The position numbers were made by a program, and so were the translations under genes. This document shows, in pieces, positions 13,842-25,600 of a DNA stretch of 64,000 nt. The notes under the pieces were generated by a model. That model searched no databases. It saw nothing but the letters and a program-made list of their open reading frames with translations, and was not told where the DNA came from. Every line of letters begins with the position of its first letter. The first letter of the stretch is position 1. Origin of the DNA: Trypanosoma brucei (Eukaryota); assembly GCA_000002445.1 (NCBI GenBank), contig AE017150.2, positions 288,001-352,000 of the forward strand, in the 5' to 3' direction.

Positions 13842-14438
13842 TGACAGATTGCATACTACGACGCATATAGAATTTGATCATACACTTCATGAAACTGAGA
13901 GTAGACATGTCGTTTCAGTTTGTGTTTTTTTAATTGCGGCATCCCGAGAAATGCCAAAATAGACGAGCTCCCAAACAAAGAAAAACATATGCCGTCAATT
14001 TGTAGTTCACAGATCACCAACATTGTCACAGGTATAACGCGCCAATTATGTAATTAAGCACAATGCGAGTTTGCTGAAGGCCGAGGCCCAAACATATACT
14101 GCAGTGTTTTACTAAACCATGTAAAACCGACATACAAAATCAAGGCGCTAGACATGTATGATGAGTCACTGTTGGCTCAATTTAAAACAGGGACTTCAAA
14201 ACATTTTGGATGGACACATAGGGTGATCACATGAACAGGTGAATAACTGAAGTGCAGATGGTGTACAAAGTACACGGGAAACAATCTCAAAAACACCCCT
14301 TACCCCACTCAAAACACCGTAAAGATGTAATAAACTGAGGAAGGCAAGGTGGCAATAGCTGCAAGACAGAACGACCCAGTCATATGCCCAGTTTGCAACA
14401 TCGTCTGTGTGACATGACAGGCGGGAGTTGTTCACACG

Positions 14439-14768
14439 ATGAAAATACATCAGTGTGTTCGTGAAAGTACACTAGCTGCATTAAAGATTGCGCCGAGAGA
14501 AGCACAGGTGTATAATGACGTCTATAAATGTCACGTATGTGGTAAGGTATTTGACGGAATGGGATTACTGCAACAACACATGCCACAACACCCTCCGACA
14601 ATTCCAGTAGTATGGACAGAGCAACAAAAGAGGAGGCGAGAAGAAAATTCGGTACAAACAGTCTACAAGTGTCGATGGTGCCCGGAGCAGTATGCCACGT
14701 ATGGCTGGTTGACCCGACATATACGACTGAAACGTCTTGAAAAGAGAAACCTGCCTTACCAAACATAA
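14439..14768 (+). pseudogene. C-terminal C2H2 zinc-finger region of the ingi-like element
   Basis: The pattern CHVCGKVFDGMGLLQQHMPQH ... YKCRWCPEQYATYGWLTRHIRLK is typical of the ingi/L1Tc ORF C-terminus. Confidence 0.6.
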
Positions 14769-16139
14769 GTGCAATCCGGAGCATAGTGAAGGAAAACCAA
14801 GTACACCGCTATAGGAAGTACTGCCCGAAAGAGAAGCATGTAAGATATGCGGTGAAGAGTATCACCACAGCTGGATGTTACGTCATATGAATGCGAAACA
14901 CCCCTGGAATGATATCTTACTCGGACCCTAGCCGATAAAAAGAGAAAAAGTGATGAATGAGATGTCAAAGTCACAAGCGACGGGAGACACTAGTGGTTAC
15001 AACAAATGATGAGGATGACAATTAACCACTACTTTATGTTTGCGACAAATATAAGAGGGGTTTCAAAAGCAATACATGGCTAACACGTCATAAGTGCGTG
15101 AGTATTTAGAAAGTGGACCAGAAAGATGAGAAGGTGAACAACACCCATGGAGCAGTTACCCGACTAGAAACCACCACCAAAAGTGGATTGAAGCCTGGCT
15201 CAATAAATAGAGCACTTCTCAACTCAGACTCGTTACACACAACAAAACTTGAGCTTTATGGCAAGAAAGAGAATAATAGACCGAGCATGATACGCCAGCA
15301 AATGAGATGGCAGTGAGCGATCAGAGATAAGAGCCCAAAAACAAACGACAAAAAGGCTCAATGGCAAACAGATAACCCACGTAGAGAGTTTGCATGTGGA
15401 AGGCGTAAGAACTCCTACATATCATTGTGTACACTAGTATGACATACCAGGACACACCGCACAAAAATGCAATCACTTTCAAGAGAATGTGTGAGAAAGG
15501 CCCTTTAAATCACGCTGCTGGCCCCTTTTTTACAGCAATGCCAACTCTGGTCGAAGGTTTGTGCACACACGAAATATCTAACAATGCTCCTCCAAGCACC
15601 ACATGGGCAGTCACGTACATCTGATAGGGGAAATGAACTAAAAGAGAAATGTAAAAAAAACATCAGCTCACCTGTTAAAGTGTTCGGCTTTGAGTAAACT
15701 AAGGTCTGAGCATGAAGTAGACAGTCCGAAAGGCGAAGATATAGATATTTTAGCATTAAACTTACCAACTTCTTAAGGGCACTCTTCGTTACGACGGTAA
15801 ATCCGGCTTCCACCGTAGACACGAAGAAATTGATAACCCAACTGCGAATGAAGAAAGAAAGGTTACTCACGCTAAACATCCATCGACTCCGTGCGACACA
15901 CTTGGATGACAGCCAGTGAGATTTTCCTCAACTGATGGAAAACAGTATCTGAAGGGGGGTTTCCTCAACAAGGCACCGTTAGCCAGGCCCCAGCGGAGGA
16001 AGCGAGTGGCGGGCCTTGAGGATGGAGAACATATCGGTGGAGAAAGTGGCCACACCGCAAGTCTATATGGATTAGTTGAGGTGCGAGCAGATTAAATGCA
16101 CATTGGAAAAAAAAAACGCAACTTTCTGACTGTTGTGCA

Positions 16140-16235
16140 TAGATGCGTGTTTTATGTGAAAAAGCGCCGCAGATGGCGTTGTAACGCCGTCTTTACAAAA
16201 TAAAGCGCAATAACATGCGTTTTACGCAAAAAATA
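16140..16235. repeat. Three degenerate relic units of the 29-bp satellite
   Basis: The units 'gatgcgtgttttatgtgaaaaagc', 'gtaacgccgtctttacaaaataaagc' and 'aacatgcgttttacgcaaaaaat' align to the satellite unit. They lie on the far side of the retroelement, just before the inverted-repeat arm. Confidence 0.6.
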
Positions 16236-16237
16236 CT

Positions 16238-17553
16238 CCGAAGTCGCGCAGCAAATCACGGGTTTACCGCTCACGGTGACTCACGTGGTGGAGGAGCAGA
16301 ACCCCCCCCCCGAAGTAGGAAGTGAGTGTTGTTTCAGTAGTGCCACAAGTGATAGGCACGACAGACCGATATTATATTCATTATTTAAACTAATGCTACT
16401 GGGTTAAAGAAAAAGGGAGGTAGGAGAAAGAGATTGAGAGGTGCATTGAAACTCCCGCAGGAAACCAGCCACTGGAAACACCAGGAGGTCAGAGGTGCGC
16501 TGCCACATGCAAGGCGAAGGAACCTGCGCAGATGGGGAAGGAAATAACGAGGCAACACACAATCGAACTTGATCACAGTCCTAAGTGAAAAAAAAACAAA
16601 AAAGCTCGCGTACTTTTTAACACAGTTACCACAACCGTAACAGCCGTTGTTAACTTCCTGAGAATGCCCTTATCCCTGTTCAATTTGGCCACAATCCATG
16701 ATGGTGATGGGCTGACGTGTGGCACCTGACTGGCTGCCGTTGGTTTCAACCTTCTCAATGACTTCGTATCCCTTCGTTACTTGTCCAAAAACAACATGTT
16801 TCCCATCCAACCAGGGAGTTGCAGCTGTGCAGATGAAGAATTGCGATCCATTTGTGTTGCGGCCTGCATTTGCCATGGAGAGCGTCCCGGGACCAAAGTG
16901 CTTCCCAGCGCGGCCCGCGAAGGACTCATCGGGAAATTTCAATCCGTATATTGACTCTCCACCCGTACCGTTACCGCTCGTGAAGTCTCCTCCCTGACAC
17001 ATGAACTGAGGGATGACGCGATGGAACTTGCTTCCCTTGTACGACAATGCCTTGCCAGATCGTCCCAGGCCCTTTTCACCTGTACATAATGCACGGAAAT
17101 TCTCCGCCGTTTTCGGTACCACATCCTTGAAGAGCTCCATTTCTACCCTTCCAGCCTTCTGGGAGCCAATGGAAATATCAAAATACACAAGTGGGTTGCT
17201 TGGATTGACAGGATAGAACGGTATCTTCCTCTGAGCTGCAAAAAAGGTGCGCGACAACATGTGTGCGGCAGGAACTAATTCTACAGCAGTGAACTTATGG
17301 GTTGTCCTTTGACCGGATGACTTGAATGAAGGAGCAACGAAAGCGCAAATATATGTACTTTTCTTTGGGGGGGGGGGGGTGGCAGTTAGTCTCGCACAAC
17401 AGTTAGCACCCGATTCCAACGCAAGTATTGACATAAACACGAGAAGGTAAACCCTTCGCGTGGCAACGCCGGTGCACAAACACTGGAAATGCATTTAACA
17501 AAAGCCGAGGGCAACCACAAGGTAACGATGCTGCTACCTCGCAGTGTAAAGGA
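16238..17553. repeat. Left arm of a roughly 1.3 kb inverted repeat carrying the cyclophilin gene and its flanks
   Basis: This arm is the reverse complement of 27413-28714 and is near-identical. The embedded ORFs are identical. The only differences I saw are G/C homopolymer lengths. Confidence 0.9.
16670..17260 (-). CDS. Cyclophilin-type peptidyl-prolyl cis-trans isomerase, 196 aa with an N-terminal extension relative to CypA
   Basis: Cyclophilin signature motifs are present: [48 protein letters not shown] and [10 protein letters not shown]. The ORF track extends this copy to 274 aa (to 17494), but only because a G13 tract fuses it to an upstream frame. The Met at 17258-17260 matches the start of the other copy. 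Confidence 0.85.
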   Translation of the reverse strand: MLSRTFFAAQRKIPFYPVNPSNPLVYFDISIGSQKAGRVEMELFKDVVPKTAENFRALCTGEKGLGRSGKALSYKGSKFHRVIPQFMCQGGDFTSGNGTGGESIYGLKFPDESFAGRAGKHFGPGTLSMANAGRNTNGSQFFICTAATPWLDGKHVVFGQVTKGYEVIEKVETNGSQSGATRQPITIMDCGQIEQG

Positions 17554-18670
17554 GGAAGGGAGAGTCACCGACAGTGGGACTTTTCTATTAGTATGCGCTA
17601 TCCCTTGTGGATGGCAAAATAATGACGCGGTAGACCCTGTTGTTGCCTCCCCAAAATAACTGACGCATAATTCCTGACGCTGCACAAAGTTTGACTTGGG
17701 CACGCTACATCACAGCCTGGGAAGAAAGCGAGATGCCAGACAGACGTTCTTAAAGTGCATTTTCTGCGCGACTTACTTTACTTTTGCTGAAGGGAAATGG
17801 GGCATTGTCGCTTCATGTACAGAGCATGTGCCCTTGTATTTTTTTTTTTAAAGCGTGTTTCCACGAGTTTTGGTGAGAGCATGTTGCTAGAGTAGTGTTG
17901 AAAGACGGGATTGGCCTACAACTTGAAATGCATGACAGAATAACGAGCACCACCCTTCCTGGAGAACAGATCATAAAAATAGTCTTCACAACTTTGTTCG
18001 GGTGCGTGCGGAAAAAGAGTCTCGAACATTGGGCCATTTCGTTCAGCCATCTATTCCCATCATAGGGACTCCGCCAGTGGCTATTCATATTAGAGGTGTG
18101 AGCACTTTGGATTGGATTTCCCTTAGTACGGCCGTTACACCGCGGAGCCTGACCACCGCACTAGAGGCAGTTTCCGTGGAAAACTGTTTATTGCATCTTT
18201 CCTCTCTCGGTCCAACCCACTTTGAATTGAATGACCGTCGCACCATACCTCCATTTTTCTTCCAATTCCCAGCTTAATTTCAACATTGCAGCACGTTCAG
18301 TGAGTTCCTTCCACCGCAATCAGCTTATCCCAGCCGTTCAGCGTACCAGCACCAAGATTTGAAAAGCTTTGTGAGCTTAATTTGCCACGCACCGGTGCTA
18401 CCAACGTGAGTTTCTACAAGTGCTTGCTACCATTCGAGAAGAATTACTTCAGTTATTCGGAGGTTTACACACAACGTACAAACCTTGATAAACGTTAGAG
18501 AAGATGATTCTCCAAAAGAAAGAGCGCAGTCATGAGTCACATTGCGAAGTCCCCGAAACAAGAACCGCACAGCGTGAATGCGCTAAACAGTGTGGTGAAT
18601 CGCCGAACGGTGCCGAGTACAGCACCAGCGTAGCGCACAAGGTGTTCATATCTGCCTCACAATATTGAGA

Positions 18671-19603
18671 CTAAATTTGCACAGCGACAAGAATCGACAC
18701 CAGACGGCTCAATTCGGTAAGTGTACCACAATCATAGACGGTATGGTTATTTCCTAGAAGGAACTGCACGGTCGGACCAGCTGTCGCTTCTTCTAACCCT
18801 AACTCAAGTCCACGTGGGATGCCTTGCGGCTTGCTTTCCACTTCTTGCACGGTTTGGCCAGTTGCCTCCTCAACAACAACCTCCAGCTCACGTAGCTTCA
18901 AGGTTGCAGCAACAAAGGAAGACCGCCAGTGTTTTTCAGAAACAGTACAAGGCATCGTGGAGTAACCATCGATCTTGCACTTCGAGGCAGCAGCTTCGTA
19001 GCTCTGTTTGCTTCTGTAACTGTTACCATCTGCCCCTTTTGATGCAGTGGGCTTCACTTCGTCCCACATTCGCACGAGGTTGTTCATATCACGGGATGAG
19101 GGTCCACGTGTGCTGTTGGCGCCCGACTCGACAGTAGCATCGCAAGTAATCTCCTCCTTTAATTTGTGGTCAGGTGGTTCAATAGGAGATACGCTCCTGT
19201 CACAATTTTGGCTGAATGGAAGGTGATGGTTTTCATCAGGATTCCTGCAGTGAGTACTCAATACTGTGCTCAAACCCCTCGCACTTTTCGCTGCTTCTGA
19301 CTTTACTTCCTCGGCCAATTCCATTGCTCTCCTTCCTAGTGATTTGTTGCCCTCAACCATTTTGGAGAGTTGATCGACTCTCTCCTGAACCTTTTCGATG
19401 TGCTCCTTGAGACGGCACAATGCTCTTGCAGCTGGGAGTTTAAGGTCATTGCGATACCTATATCCAGTGTCGGCTGCCGGCTGCTGGTCATCTAAAGCCA
19501 TCACGGCCATTGTGAGGCACAGTTTAACAAAAGCGGGAACCACTAACGCGGCTCCGTACCCCAACGTGTTGAGTATTTCTCTGCTATCAGAAGGTGATGC
19601 CAT
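18671..19603 (-). CDS. Hypothetical protein, 310 aa, with one predicted N-proximal hydrophobic segment
   Basis: This is the longest ORF in the region. Its non-repetitive composition resembles the neighbouring genes. Its orientation fits the leftward unit, pointing away from the strand-switch region. I recognise no domain. Confidence 0.5.
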   Translation of the reverse strand: MASPSDSREILNTLGYGAALVVPAFVKLCLTMAVMALDDQQPAADTGYRYRNDLKLPAARALCRLKEHIEKVQERVDQLSKMVEGNKSLGRRAMELAEEVKSEAAKSARGLSTVLSTHCRNPDENHHLPFSQNCDRSVSPIEPPDHKLKEEITCDATVESGANSTRGPSSRDMNNLVRMWDEVKPTASKGADGNSYRSKQSYEAAASKCKIDGYSTMPCTVSEKHWRSSFVAATLKLRELEVVVEEATGQTVQEVESKPQGIPRGLELGLEEATAGPTVQFLLGNNHTVYDCGTLTELSRLVSILVAVQI

Positions 19604-22600
19604 GCATAAAGCCCCTTTCTCTTTGCAGTCGGAGGGAGAATACTATGGGTACAAAAACAGCGTGACGAGTGTGGCAGCCGAGATAAGAAGCATTGAATTT
19701 TAGCGCTTGACTGGACATTATTATTATTATTATTTCCACAGTAACCCCTTACATCATTCCATGAACGCCAAAACCCCAAGGAAGGCGTTTCTACATGGGT
19801 TGGACCTGTTATCGACATCTGCCAAGGGCCATGCACACAAAAAACAATGTAAGGATGGTGTTGACCTTAAGCCAGCTCACCAGCAGGTTGATGACCTCTG
19901 ACTGGTTGCTTTCCCCCTCCTGACAAAGAAACCCGCTGATATATCTGGTGAGTAAATACTGGTACTCAAATACAGAGCCGAATCTGATCACTCATACACA
20001 CGCTGCAGTGCGAGGGACAACACGCCACTTATATGTAGGTGCAACAATCATATCGATATTGGAAACGCAGACGCATAATCGTGAGCACCGTGTGGTTCAC
20101 AGACTACACCACCGTCGCGGGCAAGTGGGGCGAAAAATTACTCCTGCTACGAAAACACATGGAAAACTCACAAAAAATGACGAGAATCAACTGGTACACG
20201 AGACACTAAAATCCCGTTGAGAAACCAACGTATTTTACACCGTCGTTGATCTTGCCATTTTTTCCCCTGCGTAATCAACGGACATTATGCGGCTTCCGAA
20301 CAATGAAGAAACCGCTAGGTCAAGTGAGGAAAAGCGACCACTCCATGGTGTGCGAACACGAGTAATACGTTTAAAAGACATTCTAAAGATGTTCCTGTAC
20401 GCTGGTGCAACCACTGAATGGCACCCCCCAGAAACGACCAACACAAGTAAGCGCAACACGCTAGGTTAAACACAATGATGTATCTAGAGGTGGACAAAAC
20501 GACGTTTACTTACCAGAACCGGCGAGGCTCGTATCTCTCTTCACCACTGTGTCGAGTGACTCACAGACCACGTCTTTGAAATACAGACGGTAAGTCCCAA
20601 AATACATATAACATCTTCCGTTGACAATTCTCAGTATAACAGCTGCATCGGCGGTACATCTGAGAGTTTTTTTTTTCGTAACTCAGAAGGGAGCCACCGA
20701 AGCAACAGTATAAGCATTGTATAGAATACGGTGAACACCGAATAGACAATTCACTACAGGGGAAAAAATATATTGTGAACACACCTTCGGGTGTACAATA
20801 TGTAGTGGGAATCCAACCGAAAGGACAAACATTAACATATCATCCTCCCTTGTAAGCACAATGAAGCTACCAAATAAAGTGTTGACTAACCACTGAGAAA
20901 ACTAACGGGTAATTCGCAGCCGCAAACCGTTCACATTTATTTTCAGACATTTACATCTTACCGACAGTCCCTTTTCTAATTAGTAAACGGTGCACTCATA
21001 ACGTCACTCACTTTCCCTCCCTGTGCTATCGAAGGATGCTCTGTTCCCCCTTTGTTTCAGCGACTGACGGCTGCAGCGATAAAGCATTACAAGCTCTTCA
21101 AAGACATGAAGAAATCGTTATCGTAGTCATTCGACTTGCACATCAATGCACATGTTGGGCGTGTTTCCTCCTTTACGCAGAGATGTTGTTTATAGTTTCG
21201 AAGTGACACTCTTTTGCTGTGCACAGCCGAAGTGACTACATCATATTTGCTGCATATAACGAACTGGATTATTCGTGCATTTGGTTCAATTGTCACTGCT
21301 ATTCGACCAATAGCCAAGCAACATACAGGAGTCTATGCGTTCTATGGATTACTCAGGACGCATATGCACATATATTTGTGACCGATATGGACAAAACATC
21401 GTACTGGCATTAGCAATACGGATTGTTCTTGAGGTGCAGACCCCTTTTCGTCAGGTTTGACCTTGTGTCGCCGCCATGTACAGTTATTATCTCCTTTGGG
21501 AGACAGAAGCCTCCCTTTCATTGGCACTGAGCTTCGCATAAAAAAAAAAGGTTTAGTCGGTGCGTATTGATGCTTCAAATGTACTACAGTATATCATTAA
21601 TCACCGCGAATACAGGAACCGTTCGTAACTTGCATTTCCAAATGCCCACGTTCGACAATTCGGACCATCTGAGTCATCTTGTTGACAGTCCTTTTTATTT
21701 TGCAGATACGCGAAGTATGCTAGTGTAGAAAACACCGTTGCAAAATGTAATATTTCTTAACAGACCGATTTCAGCACGCGTGACAATCCTGCATGCGTGA
21801 GTTCAAATTCCGTTGGCGCAACCACCGGATGTTTGGATCAAGCTGTGTTCAGTAGCTACCGCGAAGAGACGACAACTTTTTTCTTGTGAGATCGAAAGCT
21901 TCCAGCAGCCACCAGCCCCTGGTCGGTCACTCGTTCTCAGGGGAAGAAAATCCCAAGTATAGCAGGGACTGTCTGCTAGAGAAGAAGGAATTTCCCTCAA
22001 ATAAACACACCTGAAGCATATCGTACTCCAACGGGATATGTACCATCAGGCCACAGGTTCACACTTGAGGTAGGAAACCATCAATGCCACCAATTACTTG
22101 GTGGGAGTTCAGTGTGAAGCGAAACAAAATCGACTGCATTCGTACCGCATCACCGCCTAGACAGTGAAAGTTACGACATACCTGCTTGTTATTCTTCGTA
22201 TACTTCTGCTTCTTTTCCAGAGGCCGCACTATTCTAACGGGCCCACTTTCAGAAGTTCTGCACCAATGATGCACTATTACCTTCCTTCCAGTACACCGAA
22301 CCCTTCAAAGTCTTTTCCATATGCATATACCACCACATGCGGTGATGAAGCGTTGTACAGCACATCCAAACCCAGCTGATCCCGACATACAACACACCAC
22401 CTTGGGACCAATGCGTGCGGAAAATCCTGAGTGCTTGAGCCACTCTTTGATACAAGTCAGCTCCACCTAAGGAATCTTCGTTGGTCACTTTTACGATTGC
22501 CCGCTCGGCGCGCAGCGCCTGGCCCTCCATGAAAAATAGGAGGACACGTGGACGCATATACTTTCCACTTCGCTGTAAAGGTCCGCTGCCCAGCCATTTG

Positions 22601-25600
22601 TGCTACCACCAATGAATCACCTGCTGCCGCTACATGCGTACCATGCTCTTGGTTTTCAAGGGGTGCACAGCGGCAGGGAGCGTTGCTCGAATCCGTCCTG
22701 TGTGACGTTAACTCCACAAGCGCAACCGGCGAGGGCCTTGCTATTTCAGGGCAGCCTCATTTCAGTATCAATCACGCTTCACTCCCTCACGGTAGACATC
22801 CAGCGGCTGTTCGTAAACTTCGCTTCGCCCATCAGATAAAACTCCCCCCTCTTTCCCATTCAGCGCCCACTAACTCCGCGATATCGCAGCCAGCACATCT
22901 GCCCTCCTCAGCGCTGGATATTTCACAATATTGCAACCCGGGGCTGACCCCTACGGTGCCCCTTTCCCTCTTTCCAAACCCTCGGTAGCGCACCCCCCTA
23001 CTGTTTTTTCCATAGCAGCAGTCAAACGCCAGAATGTTTTATACCGCATTCGCCTCAGTCATTTGCCACCGCGGACGGGGCCTGCGGAGAATATCTCCAC
23101 TCCCATTGGTCAGACCACATGTCAATATCTTCACAATTTCCCAGCGTACGCCGCTGCAGCGTATGCAACAGAAAAAAAAACTTTTGCAGGGCCCCGACTA
23201 ACTTTCACACAAGGGGTTGGGGCATAACATTGTGTTGGGCAGCCTCAGCTCGGACTGACAGCCCGATGCGATTAGAGCCACCAAAAGCTCGAAAATACGG
23301 ATTCCGTGACTAACGTAAGGGCAACCCGGACACCTCTGGTGCTTAACCGGTCCCCTCCCGGCGACCGGAATGACAAAGGTGGCATGTCAGTCCTTTGCAG
23401 CTGAATTCAGCATTGGTTGATTCCGACGTCGGTGGCAAAACAGCGCTCTCCACATAAATAATTTATCCATCTCCCGATCTGCGTCGGAAATGTAGGGGGC
23501 TGGACAGCGTTACCACACTGAGCCGACCGTAATTACAAAGGAGCACTTCGTATGGGTTCCCACTGGCATCGATCGGCATTTCCGATTTTGTTTTGTTCTT
23601 CATGTGCTGCCAGGGGACTGGCGACGGCGTTCGCCCCCGGTGAATATGGCTGCTGCGCCGTACGGCCGGCGAGCCGGCGATATTGAAGGGGCTTCTGCGG
23701 GGCCACCATGAGGTCACTCACGTTTTTTTTTTTTAAATGGGGAAGAAACCGAATTACTCACTTCAGTTTCAGTACTTCTGTTTCCCGCTTTCTGCAAGAT
23801 GGGACGCTATGCCCAAGACCTGTGGCTCCAAGGTATCGCGTAGGGGCTTTTGGCTAGGGATGCGATTAGAAGAAGTACGGGAGCCGGACTTGGTGCGAAA
23901 GGATTCTCACGGGATCGCGTTGAATACTGCCCCGTCACCGACCATCGAACCGCCGTTCACCACTTGCTTTTTTCTTTTTCCCCATGGATGTCAGGGTCCC
24001 TGCAGCGCATGAGTTTGTGACTGTGTGTGTGTCTGTGTCGCTCACGTCTAATGGTGTGGAGTCAACGGGATGACCTTCACGATTACTTCAATATCTCTGT
24101 CTGGGCTTTAATGTAAGTTTTTTCCCTGTTGAGCTGCTTACCAAAGACGGCGCATACGATTGTGGCGTCTTTGCTAACGCAAGACATTTCTGAAAGGTGG
24201 GTTCTTGGCACTTCTTGCGCGACCGCAACTTGATCCTTACGAAGTTGATTTTTTTTTTTCCAGCCGCTGCATTCAATGGCGTCTGAGCGGCTTAGTTACG
24301 GAGCGGATAAGTGATGGTGGTGAACATTTGGGCCATTGGCCGTTGCTGCACAACTTTATTTGCACACTGAGAGTTGCCCAACGCATTATGCCCGCACTGG
24401 CACGCAATGAGACCATGTGGGATTGAAGAAAACGACAACAACAAAAACGCCGAAGTTCCCCTCTCTGGTGTAACATGGTTTAACATGAGTTGATTAGTGT
24501 CCCGGAGGATTTACAGTTATAACGATATTGTGGTGCTTACCTTTCCTCCAGAGCAAACTCGACAAAAACTGTTCATGTTTGGGTCTCTGTGACGTGGATG
24601 GAGTGTTCGTAAGCATATGGAAGCTGATGAAAAGGCTGTTGACAATATCAACGGTGACGTGACACTTTGTGTGAGCAGAAAGGAATTCCAATTTAAACTA
24701 AAACCAGGCCAACCAAACGATTTCTGGGGCCCGCACGGGTGATTGTTGACACTAAAGGCGGAATCAGTCGGGCGCTAAAGGATATATATTTTCTTTTTAC
24801 CGAAGGTCTGTAAGAAATGATGGGGCAGAAACGAGGTACACTGCTACCGTGCACACATTTAACCAGTTGACGCCAAGATAACTAAATGATGTCATAAAGT
24901 TTCTGCATGATAGCCTGTAATGTGTTGTGTGGAAACGACTCACTACGGATGCACAATCGTAAGCAACACTCGGTTCTTTATCGGAGGTTAAGCTGTGCTG
25001 CATATACATATGAATTGGTTACATGCTAGCTTATGCGGTTATTTTCCTATTTTTTGAGGACCAATATAAAAATGAAAAGACCACTCAGGGGATGACCGTG
25101 TCTGCGTGAGCCGTTGCGGGTTATCAGAGGCTTGGAAGCAATTTACCATGTTATCGGCGTGTGGTATCGCGTACACATGTGTATAAATGAGCTGTATGCA
25201 AGTGGAGCTATACCGAAACAGAAGTCTGAAAGATATTGTGAATCACTTTCCCCCCTTTGATATTGTGTGGTTGATCTACGTGAGTCTGAGGATACTTGGG
25301 ATTTCAGTGCTGCCATTGTAAAAGTTTGGATTGTCAGCAGCTTTTAAATGAATGCTGAAAAAACAGAGGGTATGGTGGGTACGTGACATGCTGCAAACTT
25401 GTGTTTGTGACGGTAGGGAGAGTGGTGCACACTGACAGGTGACATCAACGTGTTCACATCAACTCTCCAACTCGATACGTTGCTCGCGTTGTGAAGGGAT
25501 GCTTCTCACATGAAGTGACGGGGTAATTGTTAGACAAAAGGGAGGTGATGACTCCATTTCGGTATGTTTTTTCTTTTGGACGCAAACTGATCAACCAATA

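Larger units (their letters stand above)
10480..15660 (+). mobile_element. Degenerate non-LTR retrotransposon of the ingi/L1Tc clade (ingi or DIRE-like), about 5.2 kb, with multiple frameshifts and stops
   Basis: All on the + strand and in ingi order: an AP-endonuclease remnant (QETHL motif), RT domains, an RNase H domain and a C-terminal C2H2 zinc-finger region. The span matches the roughly 5.2 kb ingi length, and an A8 tract sits at 15652-15659. Both ends are approximate. Confidence 0.75.

Noticed and set aside
16670-17494. 274-aa N-terminally extended cyclophilin ORF on the minus strand
   Set aside because: The extension exists only because a G13 homopolymer (C9 in the other copy) shifts an upstream frame into the gene. 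The duplicate copy and cyclophilin family lengths support the 196-aa start at 17258-17260.
21795-21880. tRNA-like T-loop motif 'gagttcaaattcc' followed by a T6 run in the strand-switch region
   Set aside because: I could not find complementary acceptor, D or anticodon stems around it, and the hairpin upstream has a 15-nt loop. It is not a credible tRNA by eye and needs tRNAscan to settle.
22249-23313. Overlapping ORFs of 98-146 aa on both strands in the GC-rich island
   Set aside because: Overlap on both strands together with GC-richness is the typical signature of spurious ORFs. No motif was recognised. The island is retained only as a candidate ncRNA or relic finding.
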